From NCBI GenBank assembly GCA_963806185.1, contig CAWDXE010000007.1:768001-832000 (forward strand): a stretch of DNA of 64,000 nucleotides. Direction: 5' to 3'. Shown here one piece after another: positions 29,631-39,852 of this stretch. A program made the position numbers and the translations under genes. The notes beneath the pieces were generated by a model, which did no database searches, had not been told where the DNA came from, and saw nothing but the letters and a program-made list of their open reading frames with translations. This DNA is from an uncultured candidate division Zixibacteria bacterium (GTDB taxonomy: Bacteria > Zixibacteria > MSB-5A5 > GN15 > FEB-12). Position 1 is the first letter of the stretch, and the number at the start of each line of letters is the position of its first letter.

Positions 29631-30412
29631 TCGAAGCGATCCGCGAACTCTACCGCTATCGTGAACTTCTTTATATGTTCACCTGGCGGCAAATTCAGAT
29701 CAAGTACAAGCAGTCGGTCATGGGTTTGCTCTGGGCCTTTCTCATGCCCATCATCATTGTCTTTGCCGGCGTGCTGGTCAAATTGGCCTTTGCCACTATG
29801 TCGCAACGTCCTTTCAACACGCTTGAAATCGCAACCGTCGCCGTCAAAGCCGTCCCTTGGGCCTTCTTCGTCTCGTCGATTCGCTTCGCCTCCCAAAGCC
29901 TGATCGCCAACACCAATCTGGTCACCAAGATCTACTTCCCGCGCGAGATCTGCCCGCTCGCCGTTTCCCTGTCGCAGATGGTCGATTTCGCCGCCGCCGG
30001 CTCGCTGCTCGTCATCGGCCTGCTCTTTTTGCAGGTCGGCATCAGCGTCCATCTGCTCCTGGTGCCCGTGTACATCCTCCTGCTCTTCCTGTTTACCTCC
30101 GGGCTAGGGATTATTCTTTCGGCGGCCTCGCTGTTTTTTCGCGACGTGAAGTATATCGTGGAAGTCATCCTGACCTTTGCCATCTTCTTCACACCGGTGT
30201 TTTACGAGCCGACCATCTTCGGCCCCAAAGGCCAGTGGCTGCTGCTTAATCCTGTGGCGCCGATACTTGAAGGTCTGAATGACGTCGTCGTCATGCACCG
30301 AATGCCCGATATGAACTGGTTTGCCTACAGCGCCGCCGTTTCAATTCTATTGGCTCTGTTTTCACTCCGCTATTTCAAACGGCTTGAACCGGCCTTCGCC
30401 GAGAGCATTTAA
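29627..30412 (+). CDS. wzm: ABC-2 polysaccharide export permease
   Basis: YRELL..KYKQSVMGLLWA, KIYFPRE, FFRDVKY, FFTPVFY, LNPV. Confidence 0.9.
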   Translation: MIEAIRELYRYRELLYMFTWRQIQIKYKQSVMGLLWAFLMPIIIVFAGVLVKLAFATMSQRPFNTLEIATVAVKAVPWAFFVSSIRFASQSLIANTNLVTKIYFPREICPLAVSLSQMVDFAAAGSLLVIGLLFLQVGISVHLLLVPVYILLLFLFTSGLGIILSAASLFFRDVKYIVEVILTFAIFFTPVFYEPTIFGPKGQWLLLNPVAPILEGLNDVVVMHRMPDMNWFAYSAAVSILLALFSLRYFKRLEPAFAESI

Positions 30413-30421
30413 GGGAATCCC

Positions 30422-31630
30422 ATGGCCGATACCGCCCTCAGACTCGATCATGTTCACAAGAAATTCCGCCGTGGAGAGATGTACAACTCACTGCGCGACC
30501 TGATTCCCGCCATGACCGGACGATTTCTCAGACGATTCGGGAGCGAAAAACTGGAGCGTCAGGAATTCTGGGCACTCAAGGATGTCACGTTTCAGGTCGC
30601 CAAGGGCGAAGCCGTGGGCATCATCGGCTCCAACGGCGCCGGCAAGAGCACCATGCTCAAACTGTTGAGCGGAATTATGAAACCGACCTCCGGTGCGATC
30701 ACCGTCAACGGCAAACTCTCCGCCTTGATTGAGGTCGGCGCCGGCTTCCATCCCGACCTGACCGGCCGGGAGAATATCTTTCTCAACGGTGTCATCCTCG
30801 GCATGACCCGAAACGACATCAAACGCAAGTTCGACCAGATCGTGGAATTCTCCGGACTGGCCGAATTTATCGACACACCGGTCAAGCGTTACTCCTCCGG
30901 CATGTTCGCCCGCCTCGGCTTTTCGGTCGCGGCCCATGTTGACCCGGACATTCTCATTGTCGATGAAGTGCTCAGTGTCGGTGACTATGTCTTCCAGAAG
31001 AAATGCATTGAACGGATGAACGAAGTGCTTCACGACGGAACGACCGTCATCTTTGTCTCACACAATCTGCGCGCCGTCACCGACCTTTGCCATCGCTGCG
31101 TCTTGCTCGATCACGGCTCCGTTCTCTCTATCGGGCCGACCGCTGACATCGTCCGTAATTATATGTCTCTCGTGTCGGAAAATCGCGGCGACCAAAGCGA
31201 CAAGCCGGTACGAATCACCCGGCTGGATATCCGCAGTGAGGCCGGTCCGTCCGTGACCTTTAGTGCCGGGCAACGGGCCTGGGTGGACATTGAGCTGACT
31301 GCCACCCGACCGGTTGAGAAAATCGCCGTCGTACTGGAATTGCAGGACAACAGCTTCTACGAAATCTTCAATACCTCATCCGAACGGTTAGGCATTCCAC
31401 CCCTCTCTCTCAAAGCCGGGGAAACCTTCACCTGCACCTTCGCATTGCAGCTTCATTTGTCCGCCGGTACTTTTCATCTCGGCGCCGCGCTTTACCGGTA
31501 TGATATCCAGAAAGCCTTCGATAGCTGGTCCAGTTCGACGACCATATTCGTCAAATCGCCTATTGACGTCCGCGGCGCGGCGAACTTGTACCCGACCGTG
31601 ACCATGAATCGCAAGTCCGAAGTAAAATGA
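30422..31630 (+). CDS. wzt: ABC polysaccharide export ATPase with C-terminal carbohydrate-binding domain
   Basis: FWALKDV, GSNGAGKST, YSSGM, DEVLSVGD and a Wzt_C extension. Confidence 0.92.
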   Translation: MADTALRLDHVHKKFRRGEMYNSLRDLIPAMTGRFLRRFGSEKLERQEFWALKDVTFQVAKGEAVGIIGSNGAGKSTMLKLLSGIMKPTSGAITVNGKLSALIEVGAGFHPDLTGRENIFLNGVILGMTRNDIKRKFDQIVEFSGLAEFIDTPVKRYSSGMFARLGFSVAAHVDPDILIVDEVLSVGDYVFQKKCIERMNEVLHDGTTVIFVSHNLRAVTDLCHRCVLLDHGSVLSIGPTADIVRNYMSLVSENRGDQSDKPVRITRLDIRSEAGPSVTFSAGQRAWVDIELTATRPVEKIAVVLELQDNSFYEIFNTSSERLGIPPLSLKAGETFTCTFALQLHLSAGTFHLGAALYRYDIQKAFDSWSSSTTIFVKSPIDVRGAANLYPTVTMNRKSEVK

Positions 31631-31633
31631 CGG

Positions 31634-32596
31634 GTGTCACATACTATGCCTGCCAATCCCTTCATCGATCCTTCACCCGCTCTTGATGTCTCGATCATCA
31701 TCTGCTCGCGCAACCGGTGCGCAAGCCTTTTGGGTGTGATACAGGCGATGTATGAGCAAAAGGGAACTGACACTCTGGCGTGGGAATTGATCGTCGTCGA
31801 CGACGCTTCAACCGATGCCACCCGGAAGACCGTTGAAGATTGGATTGCCGATGGACACCCCCAGACCCGCTACTTGTTCGAGCCGACTATCGGCCAGGCC
31901 TTCGCCATGAATCGGGGCACAGTTAATGCAAAAGGGAAGTTGCTCATATTTACCGATGATGATGTCGTTCTGGACAGCCGGTGGCTGGTCAGTCATCTGT
32001 TCGCCTTTGAGAAATTCAATTGTGCCGGCGTGGGAGGGAGACTCCTGCCGATGTTCACGCCGGCTCCGCCCAAATGGTACCGCTCCGATATCCCCTTCCC
32101 GTATCGTTTTGACTTTGGCGACCAGCCGACAGCTCTCACCGCCCCGCCCTTCGGTGCCAACATGGCTTACCGGCGTGATGCTTTCGTGAAATACGGCTTG
32201 TTCCGCACTGATCTCGGCTCGACCCCCGACAATCCAGCCGGCAAAGGAGTGGATTCCGAATTTGGTCGCCGACTCATGGCCGGTGGGGAGAAGATCATGT
32301 ACGCGCCCGATGCGCTCCTCTACCATCCGCTCGATGCTCGCTTGATTACCCCCGCCTTCATGCACAAGTGGTATTACCAGTACGGCCGTTCGCAGGTGCT
32401 CAGGCAGTCAGCCGACCTGGCGGGTGTCCGCTGGTTCGGTATTCGCCGCCACCTGATTCGATCGCTGGTATCCAATTGGCTGAAGGGGAAATTGCTGTTT
32501 GACCCCGCCGAGCGTTACCTCCGCGAGATGGACGTCTATCGTACGCTGGGGATTATTGCCGAAGAACGCGAGCAGGCTCGCGCCGGCAAATCGTGA
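31634..32596 (+). CDS. Glycosyltransferase family 2
   Basis: SIIICSRNR, VVDDASTD, FTDDD, GANMAYRR. Confidence 0.9.
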   Translation: MSHTMPANPFIDPSPALDVSIIICSRNRCASLLGVIQAMYEQKGTDTLAWELIVVDDASTDATRKTVEDWIADGHPQTRYLFEPTIGQAFAMNRGTVNAKGKLLIFTDDDVVLDSRWLVSHLFAFEKFNCAGVGGRLLPMFTPAPPKWYRSDIPFPYRFDFGDQPTALTAPPFGANMAYRRDAFVKYGLFRTDLGSTPDNPAGKGVDSEFGRRLMAGGEKIMYAPDALLYHPLDARLITPAFMHKWYYQYGRSQVLRQSADLAGVRWFGIRRHLIRSLVSNWLKGKLLFDPAERYLREMDVYRTLGIIAEEREQARAGKS

Positions 32597-32621
32597 GTAT
32601 CAGGATGAGCGCTGTGCCGTG

Positions 32622-33857
32622 TCAGGCGCTGAGCAGGTCAATGACCGAGCGCTGCGAAAGAGCTTCCTGCGTATCCGCAAATCGACTCACGTATTCAGGA
32701 CCAAGATTCCGGCACATTGCCTCTGCCACCGTCGCTGCCAGGGTATGCCAATCATACGCCCGGGCCGTCTCGCGACGTTGCGCCACCAGGTTGGGCTCTC
32801 GCATCTCCGGGCGCTGGGCGAATTCCAGGGCTTCGATCCACCCGTCGACTCCGTCTGCAATCGTGAGCACGTTTGAAAACTCCATCGCTGCCGGAATCGG
32901 TGAACTGACCACCGGAAGACCGGTCGCAAGATACTCGTGCATCTTGAGCGGATAGATGTACTTGGTGTAATTGTTCCGCTTGTAACCCATCAGACAGACG
33001 TCAAAATGCTGACAATACGCCGGCAGATCATCCACCGCTTTGGGTCCCATGTAGTGGACATTGGGCAGCGAGAAGAGCGCATTCACCACCGACATCTGAT
33101 CTCCTACCGCACCGATGGGCCCCACAAAAACATACTGCCATTCCGGCTTTGCTCTGGCCAGCTCGAGGTGCATGTTCAGGTCCATGTGACTCTTGATGTA
33201 CCCGATATATCCCATTCGCGGATGAGGGATGTCGCGCATATCCTCCGGTTCCTCGCGCGGGGTCGCGTATGCCCCGAAGTCAACCCCGTTCGGCACTCTA
33301 ATACTGCTCTGGTTCAGGTACCCCTTCTTGATCATCAGATTGTTTGAATGGATGAACACCTGGTTGACCCGCTTTATAATCCCTATCTCCACGGGATCAT
33401 TCGGCGGATCATCCGGCAAGAAGGAATACTCGTCGTCAATATGATAACAACTGATGTCATACCTGGCGTGATCCAAAGTCGAGACGTAATCCGGATGCCA
33501 GAGATACAGCACCCATTTCCGAATTTTGATCGGACGAATCGCATATCGTGCCTGGGTAAGGCGTATCCGCTCAAAAAGCTCTGAAGCAAAATGGGGTCGA
33601 TACACCTTGGGGAAAAGCGAGCTCGGTGTGTACTCGACCAGCCCGCCCAACCTGCGTTCCGCCCGGTACCAGGGGGCGAAGCGATGATCTCTGACCACCC
33701 GCCGCCACTCCGGCACGGGACCGTACCAGACGATATGAAAGTACTCCGAAAGGGCGGTGAGTAAATGATGCCGCGTCTGGCGCGGATTGGCCCAGCGGTC
33801 TGGGACAACGGCCATGACGCCGACCTCAGGGATGAGCGGAGCCCGGTCAATTTTCAC
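32622..33857 (-). CDS. GT-B glycosyltransferase (GT4/TuaH-like)
   Basis: VPNGVDF, PRMGYIG, NVHYMG, PLKMHEYLATGLPVVS. Confidence 0.85.
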   Translation of the reverse strand: MKIDRAPLIPEVGVMAVVPDRWANPRQTRHHLLTALSEYFHIVWYGPVPEWRRVVRDHRFAPWYRAERRLGGLVEYTPSSLFPKVYRPHFASELFERIRLTQARYAIRPIKIRKWVLYLWHPDYVSTLDHARYDISCYHIDDEYSFLPDDPPNDPVEIGIIKRVNQVFIHSNNLMIKKGYLNQSSIRVPNGVDFGAYATPREEPEDMRDIPHPRMGYIGYIKSHMDLNMHLELARAKPEWQYVFVGPIGAVGDQMSVVNALFSLPNVHYMGPKAVDDLPAYCQHFDVCLMGYKRNNYTKYIYPLKMHEYLATGLPVVSSPIPAAMEFSNVLTIADGVDGWIEALEFAQRPEMREPNLVAQRRETARAYDWHTLAATVAEAMCRNLGPEYVSRFADTQEALSQRSVIDLLSA

Positions 33858-34314
33858 TATTTGCTCGAACTTTCCATATTCCTACTCAGTATCGGCACGT
33901 TTTCGTTTTGGTAAAGATAACCCTGGTATTCCATGATACCATCGCCAAACGCCCATGCCGGATAGCCTAAAGCTCGCTTTGACACGACTTTTCTTCATTT
34001 CCCAGGTCCTTGAGATTTGCACTTGGCCGTATTGGTAGCCGGGGGATGACGCCGGATGATTGGCAGTTGCTGGACGGACGAAAAGTTCGGGACTTCGTGA
34101 CAGCCGCCTCTCCAGAGTTATTCGCCTCGCAGGTACAATCGCTTTCTTGTGACTGACGAGCTACACAGTCGGATAATACCGCCTAAGTCACGCCTTGTCA
34201 AGGTGTTGCCCGCCCGATGCTAGGGCGCAAGCCGCCTGTCCGAATTTGGACCAGCCACGAAACACAACCCGGCCCTGTCTCGTCCACTTCATGATCGCCA
34301 CGGCCGCCTCCTCG

Positions 34315-34665
34315 TTACTTGCGGTTTCGCTTTGACCAAAAGTCAAAGGACCGACCCGGCACGAAAATGTCCAATCCCACCGACGGAACCGCCAGCGGAT
34401 TCGTCACCACGTGCGTCTCGTTCCCCGGAATATACACCGCGTCGCCCGGTCCAAGTTCCCGCTTGTCGGTATCCGTTGTCACGACTATTTTGCCCTCGAG
34501 TACCACCAACACCTGAGCGTTGACGTGTTCATGTTTGGGCGAGGCGTGACCCGCCGGCTTGACAAAGTGCTCAATCGAAATGTCCGGCTGACTGCAAAGG
34601 CTTGATCGGCGCCAGTCTTTCTCCGGCTCATACTTCTCGGCTTGATCGAATCGTATCACGTGCAC
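34315..34665 (-). CDS. Cupin domain protein
   Basis: PKHEH...VLEG...PGDAVYIPGNETH. Confidence 0.85.
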   Translation of the reverse strand: MHVIRFDQAEKYEPEKDWRRSSLCSQPDISIEHFVKPAGHASPKHEHVNAQVLVVLEGKIVVTTDTDKRELGPGDAVYIPGNETHVVTNPLAVPSVGLDIFVPGRSFDFWSKRNRK

Positions 34666-34736
34666 AGGCGCGCTCCTTTCATGTATCAGATCATGGTAAA
34701 CAAGGAGGGGTAATAGCGCAAATTCAATGCGCTGCT

Positions 34737-36293
34737 TTAGAGCGAATTTCCGGCCACCGAGAGCCGGGTCGATAGAACCGAACTGTCAGCCGCCGTGCCA
34801 AGCTGATGTAGGCGATAGATATTGAACTTGCCGAAGGTCGATTGCTTCTGCAGGTAGCGGCTGATTTCCGGTCGCCCCTCCAGCGTGCGCGAATCCGAAA
34901 TCAGATAGCGCGCCCCGCGCTCCAGCATATTCTCGAACTTATCCGTCGACACGTCCGCGGTTGTCGACCACCCCTTGCGGTGCATGAAGTACAAATCGAT
35001 GCTGGGCGATTGGTCCTCGGCGGCAATCACCAGTTCCGCCCTGTCGGGTATCACCTTGTCGAGGTGCGCCTCTATGCCCAGCAGATCGGCGTTAATTGGT
35101 GACCAATGAAATCGGGGAAGCGCATTCGCACACCCGGCGACCGGCACCGCCAGGAGGAGAACTGCTACCATGGCCTGTAGAGCGCGGGATCTCGACGACC
35201 ATTCCAGTGCAAACCGAACGCCCATCGTCCCAAGCACGACCAACGGCACCAGCGTCGTGGTCAGGTAGTATTCGTGATGCTCGAACATCGGCAACATTGA
35301 TGACATGAAGGCCAGGAGCGGCACCGTACTGAGTACCAGAAATTCAACAGCACTGGCCACTCGAATGCGAAGCAGGGAAAACGCCCCCACCACCAGTAGC
35401 ACGGTCTCCGCTCGATTGACCACAAATCCCGGCATCCATTTTACGAACACGTCCTGCAGCCGGGGGAGAATAATCGCCGTGCCGTACGGCAGCACGGCGC
35501 CCAGCACAAAATCCTCGTTGCCATAGGTGATATTCAGGTAGCGGGCGTAGACATACCAGCTTGCCACAATTCCGCACGCCGCGCCCGACGCCAGCACCAT
35601 GCGTAAACGTGTCGAACGAGACTGCGGTGACTTCACGATATCAAAGAGGTACCACAATACCACAATGATGCCGGTAATCTTTATCAGCGCTGATATCGCT
35701 AGAAATACCAGCGCCCAGACGGCGTACCGCCCGCGATTGACCGTCTTACCGATCTGCCAGCAGGCGAGCGATACGAACAACAGACAAAGTGCCGGGACAT
35801 CCGGCAGCGCCGTGATCGAATAGTACAGGAAAAGCGGACTGAAAATAAGAAAGACGGCGGCGACAAAGCCCATCACTTTCGAGCCCATGAGATAACGCAC
35901 AAATTGAAAGCAGCCGACGATGCCCGTGAAACTGAGAAGTAGCATTACTACCCGCGACAGGGTGTGACTGAATCCAAAAACAGCGTACCCCTGCGCAATG
36001 ATATAATTTACCACCGGGAATTCCATCCCCGCAATTCCCGTCAGATTTCCCCGGGAATCTACGCGCGGCTGAAAGATACTGCCGCCCTCTTCATAGAAAT
36101 TACGAGCCACCGACAACGTCTGCGTCTGCCTCCAGACATGACGACCGGTCGGCGGTAGGGTCACGTAGGGGAGATGTACCAGAATCTGACTCAGTAACAA
36201 AACGGCGACCAGACTGAAAGTTCGGCGCGCTTCCAGCCAGTTGATGATTTGCCCCATTATCCCGGAAATAGCGGTCTGCCCGGTCGCTTGCAT
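34737..36293 (-). CDS. ArnT/PMT-like (GT-C) membrane glycosyltransferase
   Basis: WRQTQT..ARNF, EFP, many TM helices, H.YY motif. Confidence 0.78.
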   Translation of the reverse strand: MQATGQTAISGIMGQIINWLEARRTFSLVAVLLLSQILVHLPYVTLPPTGRHVWRQTQTLSVARNFYEEGGSIFQPRVDSRGNLTGIAGMEFPVVNYIIAQGYAVFGFSHTLSRVVMLLLSFTGIVGCFQFVRYLMGSKVMGFVAAVFLIFSPLFLYYSITALPDVPALCLLFVSLACWQIGKTVNRGRYAVWALVFLAISALIKITGIIVVLWYLFDIVKSPQSRSTRLRMVLASGAACGIVASWYVYARYLNITYGNEDFVLGAVLPYGTAIILPRLQDVFVKWMPGFVVNRAETVLLVVGAFSLLRIRVASAVEFLVLSTVPLLAFMSSMLPMFEHHEYYLTTTLVPLVVLGTMGVRFALEWSSRSRALQAMVAVLLLAVPVAGCANALPRFHWSPINADLLGIEAHLDKVIPDRAELVIAAEDQSPSIDLYFMHRKGWSTTADVSTDKFENMLERGARYLISDSRTLEGRPEISRYLQKQSTFGKFNIYRLHQLGTAADSSVLSTRLSVAGNSL

Positions 36294-36434
36294 TATTCGT
36301 CTTCCTGTAGAGGGAGTGCGTAGATCGTTATTATCTATATATATGTCAGGCTGGTCGGAAAGTCAACTGGTGAACGGCCAACCCAATTGACTACTATGAC
36401 AGGGCTGTGATTTAGTGTAGATTGAGATATGTGC

Positions 36435-37811
36435 CTAGCGCGCCGACGACGACAGCACCGAGTCGGGGGAGAGGCAATCGACGGCCAGTACCCAATCCCC
36501 TTCAAACGGCGGCGTAATGGTCTGCACAACTTTCCGAGACCGAACGGTTTTTGATGACATGCCGCTGCCGGGGTTGATCCAGGTGACCAGCACCGAGTCA
36601 CCCTTCACACACGATGGACTTATTGTAATGGAGCGTTGCGTCGGTACATACCCAAGGATGCCGCTCGAATCAGCCGCATAGGCCAACGTGGCTGGGTCGT
36701 CGGCCGATCCCTCTCCGGCCGTCAGCACTTTTCCAGTCAGGTCCGGCACCAAAGTCCACCAATGGCGTTGGGTCATCACCGACTTGAATACTGACATCGC
36801 CATCGAGCTCCGGCTCCGCAGTGAGGCCCGCCAGTTGTACTGGTCGCCCGGAGGACGCAACTCGCATAGGTCATAACCAAACCACCAGATCGGACAATTG
36901 CCCATGATCGCGCCGACAGCACCCCTCATGGCCGGCCACCAGACTTGCTTGTGATGCCGCAGATCACTCCAGCGGTGCAGTCCCCATTCGCCGTTCTCGT
37001 AGAGCCCCTCAATTTGAAACACAGGGCGTACCGTTTCCAGCGCATAGGCAGCAGTGGTGAGCGTCACATTCTCCAACTCACGATAGGTGTAGATGCCGCG
37101 CAGGTCGATCCAGTTCCCGGGGAATTGCTCGTCGATTGGCTTGACGTCGTCCCCGTGCGCAGTATACAAACGCGCAGAATTGGTGTCCGTGGCCTTCAGC
37201 GCCATCACCAGCGTATCTATCTTGTCACTTAATTGAGCATCCCGAGGATCCTGATCCCCGCCGATCAGCCAAATGATGTTCTTTCCCCCCCGGTAGTGTT
37301 CCCCCAGCCATTCTCCCCATGCCCGAATATCTGCGCTCTTTGCACCGCGAATCTCCGCACAAAATCCGTCCCTGCCGCTGCCTGCTTTGGGCGTACATCC
37401 GGCGCCGATATACATGGGTGCCAACAGTACCGCGATCCCTAGTTCGCCCGCCCGATCAATCATCGAATCGGCGAGAGCAAAGTAAGCCGGGTTGGGGGTC
37501 GCGAAACACCTCCCGGTAAACGGAGATACATTATATGTGTTGTTGGGAGCCGAAAACGCAAACCGATGCTCGATCAGATTTACGATGACTACGTTGAATC
37601 CCCGATTCGCCCGATCCGTCAGATAGATATCAGCCTGACGGTACGTCAACTGGGTTGTCAGTGACCAGGCCGCGTCGCCCACCATCAGGAATGGCTCACC
37701 CCTGTTGTCCTCCAGATAGCGGCCGTTCGCACTCACACGGAGCGGGAACTCGTCCGCCGCCACCGTCGTGGCAGCCAGAATCAACAGCACTAAGATCGGC
37801 CTGATCATCAT
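36435..37811 (-). CDS. Secreted DUF4038/apiosidase-like glycoside hydrolase with putative collagen-binding C-domain
   Basis: Signal peptide; LRVSANGRYL..GEPF..GD.AW, RGFN, NPAYF, NIIWLIGGD, E..YE; C-terminal W.NP.SG...PP..GDWVL. Confidence 0.8.
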   Translation of the reverse strand: MMIRPILVLLILAATTVAADEFPLRVSANGRYLEDNRGEPFLMVGDAAWSLTTQLTYRQADIYLTDRANRGFNVVIVNLIEHRFAFSAPNNTYNVSPFTGRCFATPNPAYFALADSMIDRAGELGIAVLLAPMYIGAGCTPKAGSGRDGFCAEIRGAKSADIRAWGEWLGEHYRGGKNIIWLIGGDQDPRDAQLSDKIDTLVMALKATDTNSARLYTAHGDDVKPIDEQFPGNWIDLRGIYTYRELENVTLTTAAYALETVRPVFQIEGLYENGEWGLHRWSDLRHHKQVWWPAMRGAVGAIMGNCPIWWFGYDLCELRPPGDQYNWRASLRSRSSMAMSVFKSVMTQRHWWTLVPDLTGKVLTAGEGSADDPATLAYAADSSGILGYVPTQRSITISPSCVKGDSVLVTWINPGSGMSSKTVRSRKVVQTITPPFEGDWVLAVDCLSPDSVLSSSAR

Positions 37812-37883
37812 TCACTATAATACAACAGGCAACGGTCGTCGGGCTAGTTGATTTGTAGATCTCACCGTCCGAAGACACTGAGG

Positions 37884-39482
37884 TTATTGCATGATGAGTA
37901 TGTCAATCCGCCGGTTCTTAGCCCTTCCTTCCGGTGTACTTTGCGAGGCGATCGGCTTCTCGGATCCATACCCTATCGCCCGAATTCTGTCCGACGGTAT
38001 ATTCATAGTTTGGCGCAGATATTGCATGACTGCAAACGCTCGCTTCTCCGACAACTGTGTATTGGCCGCCGGCTCGCCCCGATCGTCGGTATGCCCCTCA
38101 ATCACCAACGGTGACTCGGGGAAGAGGCCGATGATTTGCTTCACCTTTTCAAGCAAGGGCAACTGCTGATCGACTATCTCGCTCTTGCCCGCCGCAAACG
38201 ACAGCCCGGACAATCGCAAGACGATGTCATTGGAGGCGTTGACGATCATCTCGCCCTGCGTCGGGTCAATCATCGACTTCGCCGTAATGAGCCGTTGTTC
38301 GCGCTCTTCCTTGGATTGCAGCGCGGTAGTCACTTCACGATGTTCCTCTGAAAGTTGGGTGAGCTTGCTTTGTTCGGCCGCCACCTGTTCGGAGAGGCGG
38401 CTCCGCTCCACCGCGACTCCTGCCGCGATACTGTCGATGGCCTGGAGCATCCCCATTGGACTCTGAATGGTGGTGTCCCCGCCAAGCGCCACCAGCGTCG
38501 ACATAAGGCTCTCCCGAAGCTGCTCGCGCGTGCCTTTCACTTCTTCCATTTCTCTGCCCAGTTTAGCCAGGGAGTCGCGCAACACGTTTACGTCGGCCGA
38601 TGATGACGACCGCAGCGCCTGTATTCCGGAGATCAGCGAGTCGGCGGCTTTTGACGGTCCCAGGTCGAATGGCAGATGATCTATCCCCAGAAGCAGTCCT
38701 GCGCGGTCCATCTGGATTTCATAGAGCAGCATCAACTTCTCCCAAGCCTGATCGTTTCTATTGAGCGACCGAACCGACTGGGAGATATTCGATGCGTGGC
38801 GGGCCTCGTATTCCGCCTCGGTCGCCGTCTTGGTGGCTTCCGTCCGGTTATACCGATTGGCCGTCAATATACCATTCGCCTTCTCGCGGGCCGTTTTGGC
38901 CTTGTCGAGTATGGTCAGGGCATATTTGGGCGCTTCATCCGCTGTGGCAGTGGCGATCAGCTTGTCGGCCGCTCCGAGTACGTCGACCCGAATCGACTCC
39001 ATCTCCGCAACATCGTAGAGAGGCGTCGATTTGGCTGCCTCTTTCAGTCCCCCCTTGACGTCACCGGACTCAACCTTGGCCGCCGCGGCAATGAATTGCG
39101 CCTCCGCTTTGTCGTATAGCGTGGTCACCAGCATAGGTGCCTTGGCGACGCGCGCCTTTGTTCGGGCCGGCAGATATTCTCGTAATGACAACTTGCAGAC
39201 ATCGGTGTTTTTGAGCGCATTTTCGCCGTATTCACGTGCCTTGGCGAAATACCCGGTCACCGTCGAAGCTCCCCGTTTCAAGCTGACCGCCTGCTGCCCC
39301 ATGTCAAACTGCGCCTTCGCTTTCTCGTAAGCCTTGGGGGAGAATATGGGCGCTTCCACTACCTTGAGCGAATCAAGCAACCGCTGCACCTCGGCGCCGT
39401 CAGCGCCGCTTTGTGCCCGGCCGTTATCTGCCAGCACGCACATCGCCAACGTCGCGAGAATAAGCTTGAATCCATTCTTCAT
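37884..39482 (-). CDS. OmpA/MotB C-terminal domain protein with long helical/coiled-coil N-terminus
   Basis: Signal peptide; IEGHTD..G...N..LS.KRA, GYGSEKPIA, NRRIDI. Confidence 0.88.
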   Translation of the reverse strand: MKNGFKLILATLAMCVLADNGRAQSGADGAEVQRLLDSLKVVEAPIFSPKAYEKAKAQFDMGQQAVSLKRGASTVTGYFAKAREYGENALKNTDVCKLSLREYLPARTKARVAKAPMLVTTLYDKAEAQFIAAAAKVESGDVKGGLKEAAKSTPLYDVAEMESIRVDVLGAADKLIATATADEAPKYALTILDKAKTAREKANGILTANRYNRTEATKTATEAEYEARHASNISQSVRSLNRNDQAWEKLMLLYEIQMDRAGLLLGIDHLPFDLGPSKAADSLISGIQALRSSSSADVNVLRDSLAKLGREMEEVKGTREQLRESLMSTLVALGGDTTIQSPMGMLQAIDSIAAGVAVERSRLSEQVAAEQSKLTQLSEEHREVTTALQSKEEREQRLITAKSMIDPTQGEMIVNASNDIVLRLSGLSFAAGKSEIVDQQLPLLEKVKQIIGLFPESPLVIEGHTDDRGEPAANTQLSEKRAFAVMQYLRQTMNIPSDRIRAIGYGSEKPIASQSTPEGRAKNRRIDILIMQ

Positions 39483-39852
39483 TTGATATTACTCCGGATA
39501 GGCGTGATTGATTTTGTACTGGGAAATTGGGGCCCTTGATCCGGTCACGCAAGCCTAAAACTCGCGCCCCCGGCGACGGCTCGGACGGTCGCAATCGGAG
39601 GATAAACCCCCATCGAGAAACCGACGGGACTCACGAAACCAAGTTCGCATGTTAAGAGTGCCTGTTCACAGCCTCTTAGTACACCCGGACAGGCAACTAA
39701 TTCTGTTGCATTCTGGCGCTATTCGTCTACTTTATTGATAGGGACTATAGGACGTCATCGTCTGCCATATTATGTCAACGCTTCACGGTCACGCATGCAT
39801 CGGATTCTTGACAACACACTGAAGTAACATCCGCCCGCGACGCCACTGAACT

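Noticed and set aside
39595..39650. Possible c-di-GMP-I riboswitch-like sequence (ggataaacccc...gaaa...gggac)
   Set aside because: It lacks the conserved GGCAAA / GACGCAAAG core and the second stem; only a generic hairpin is visible.
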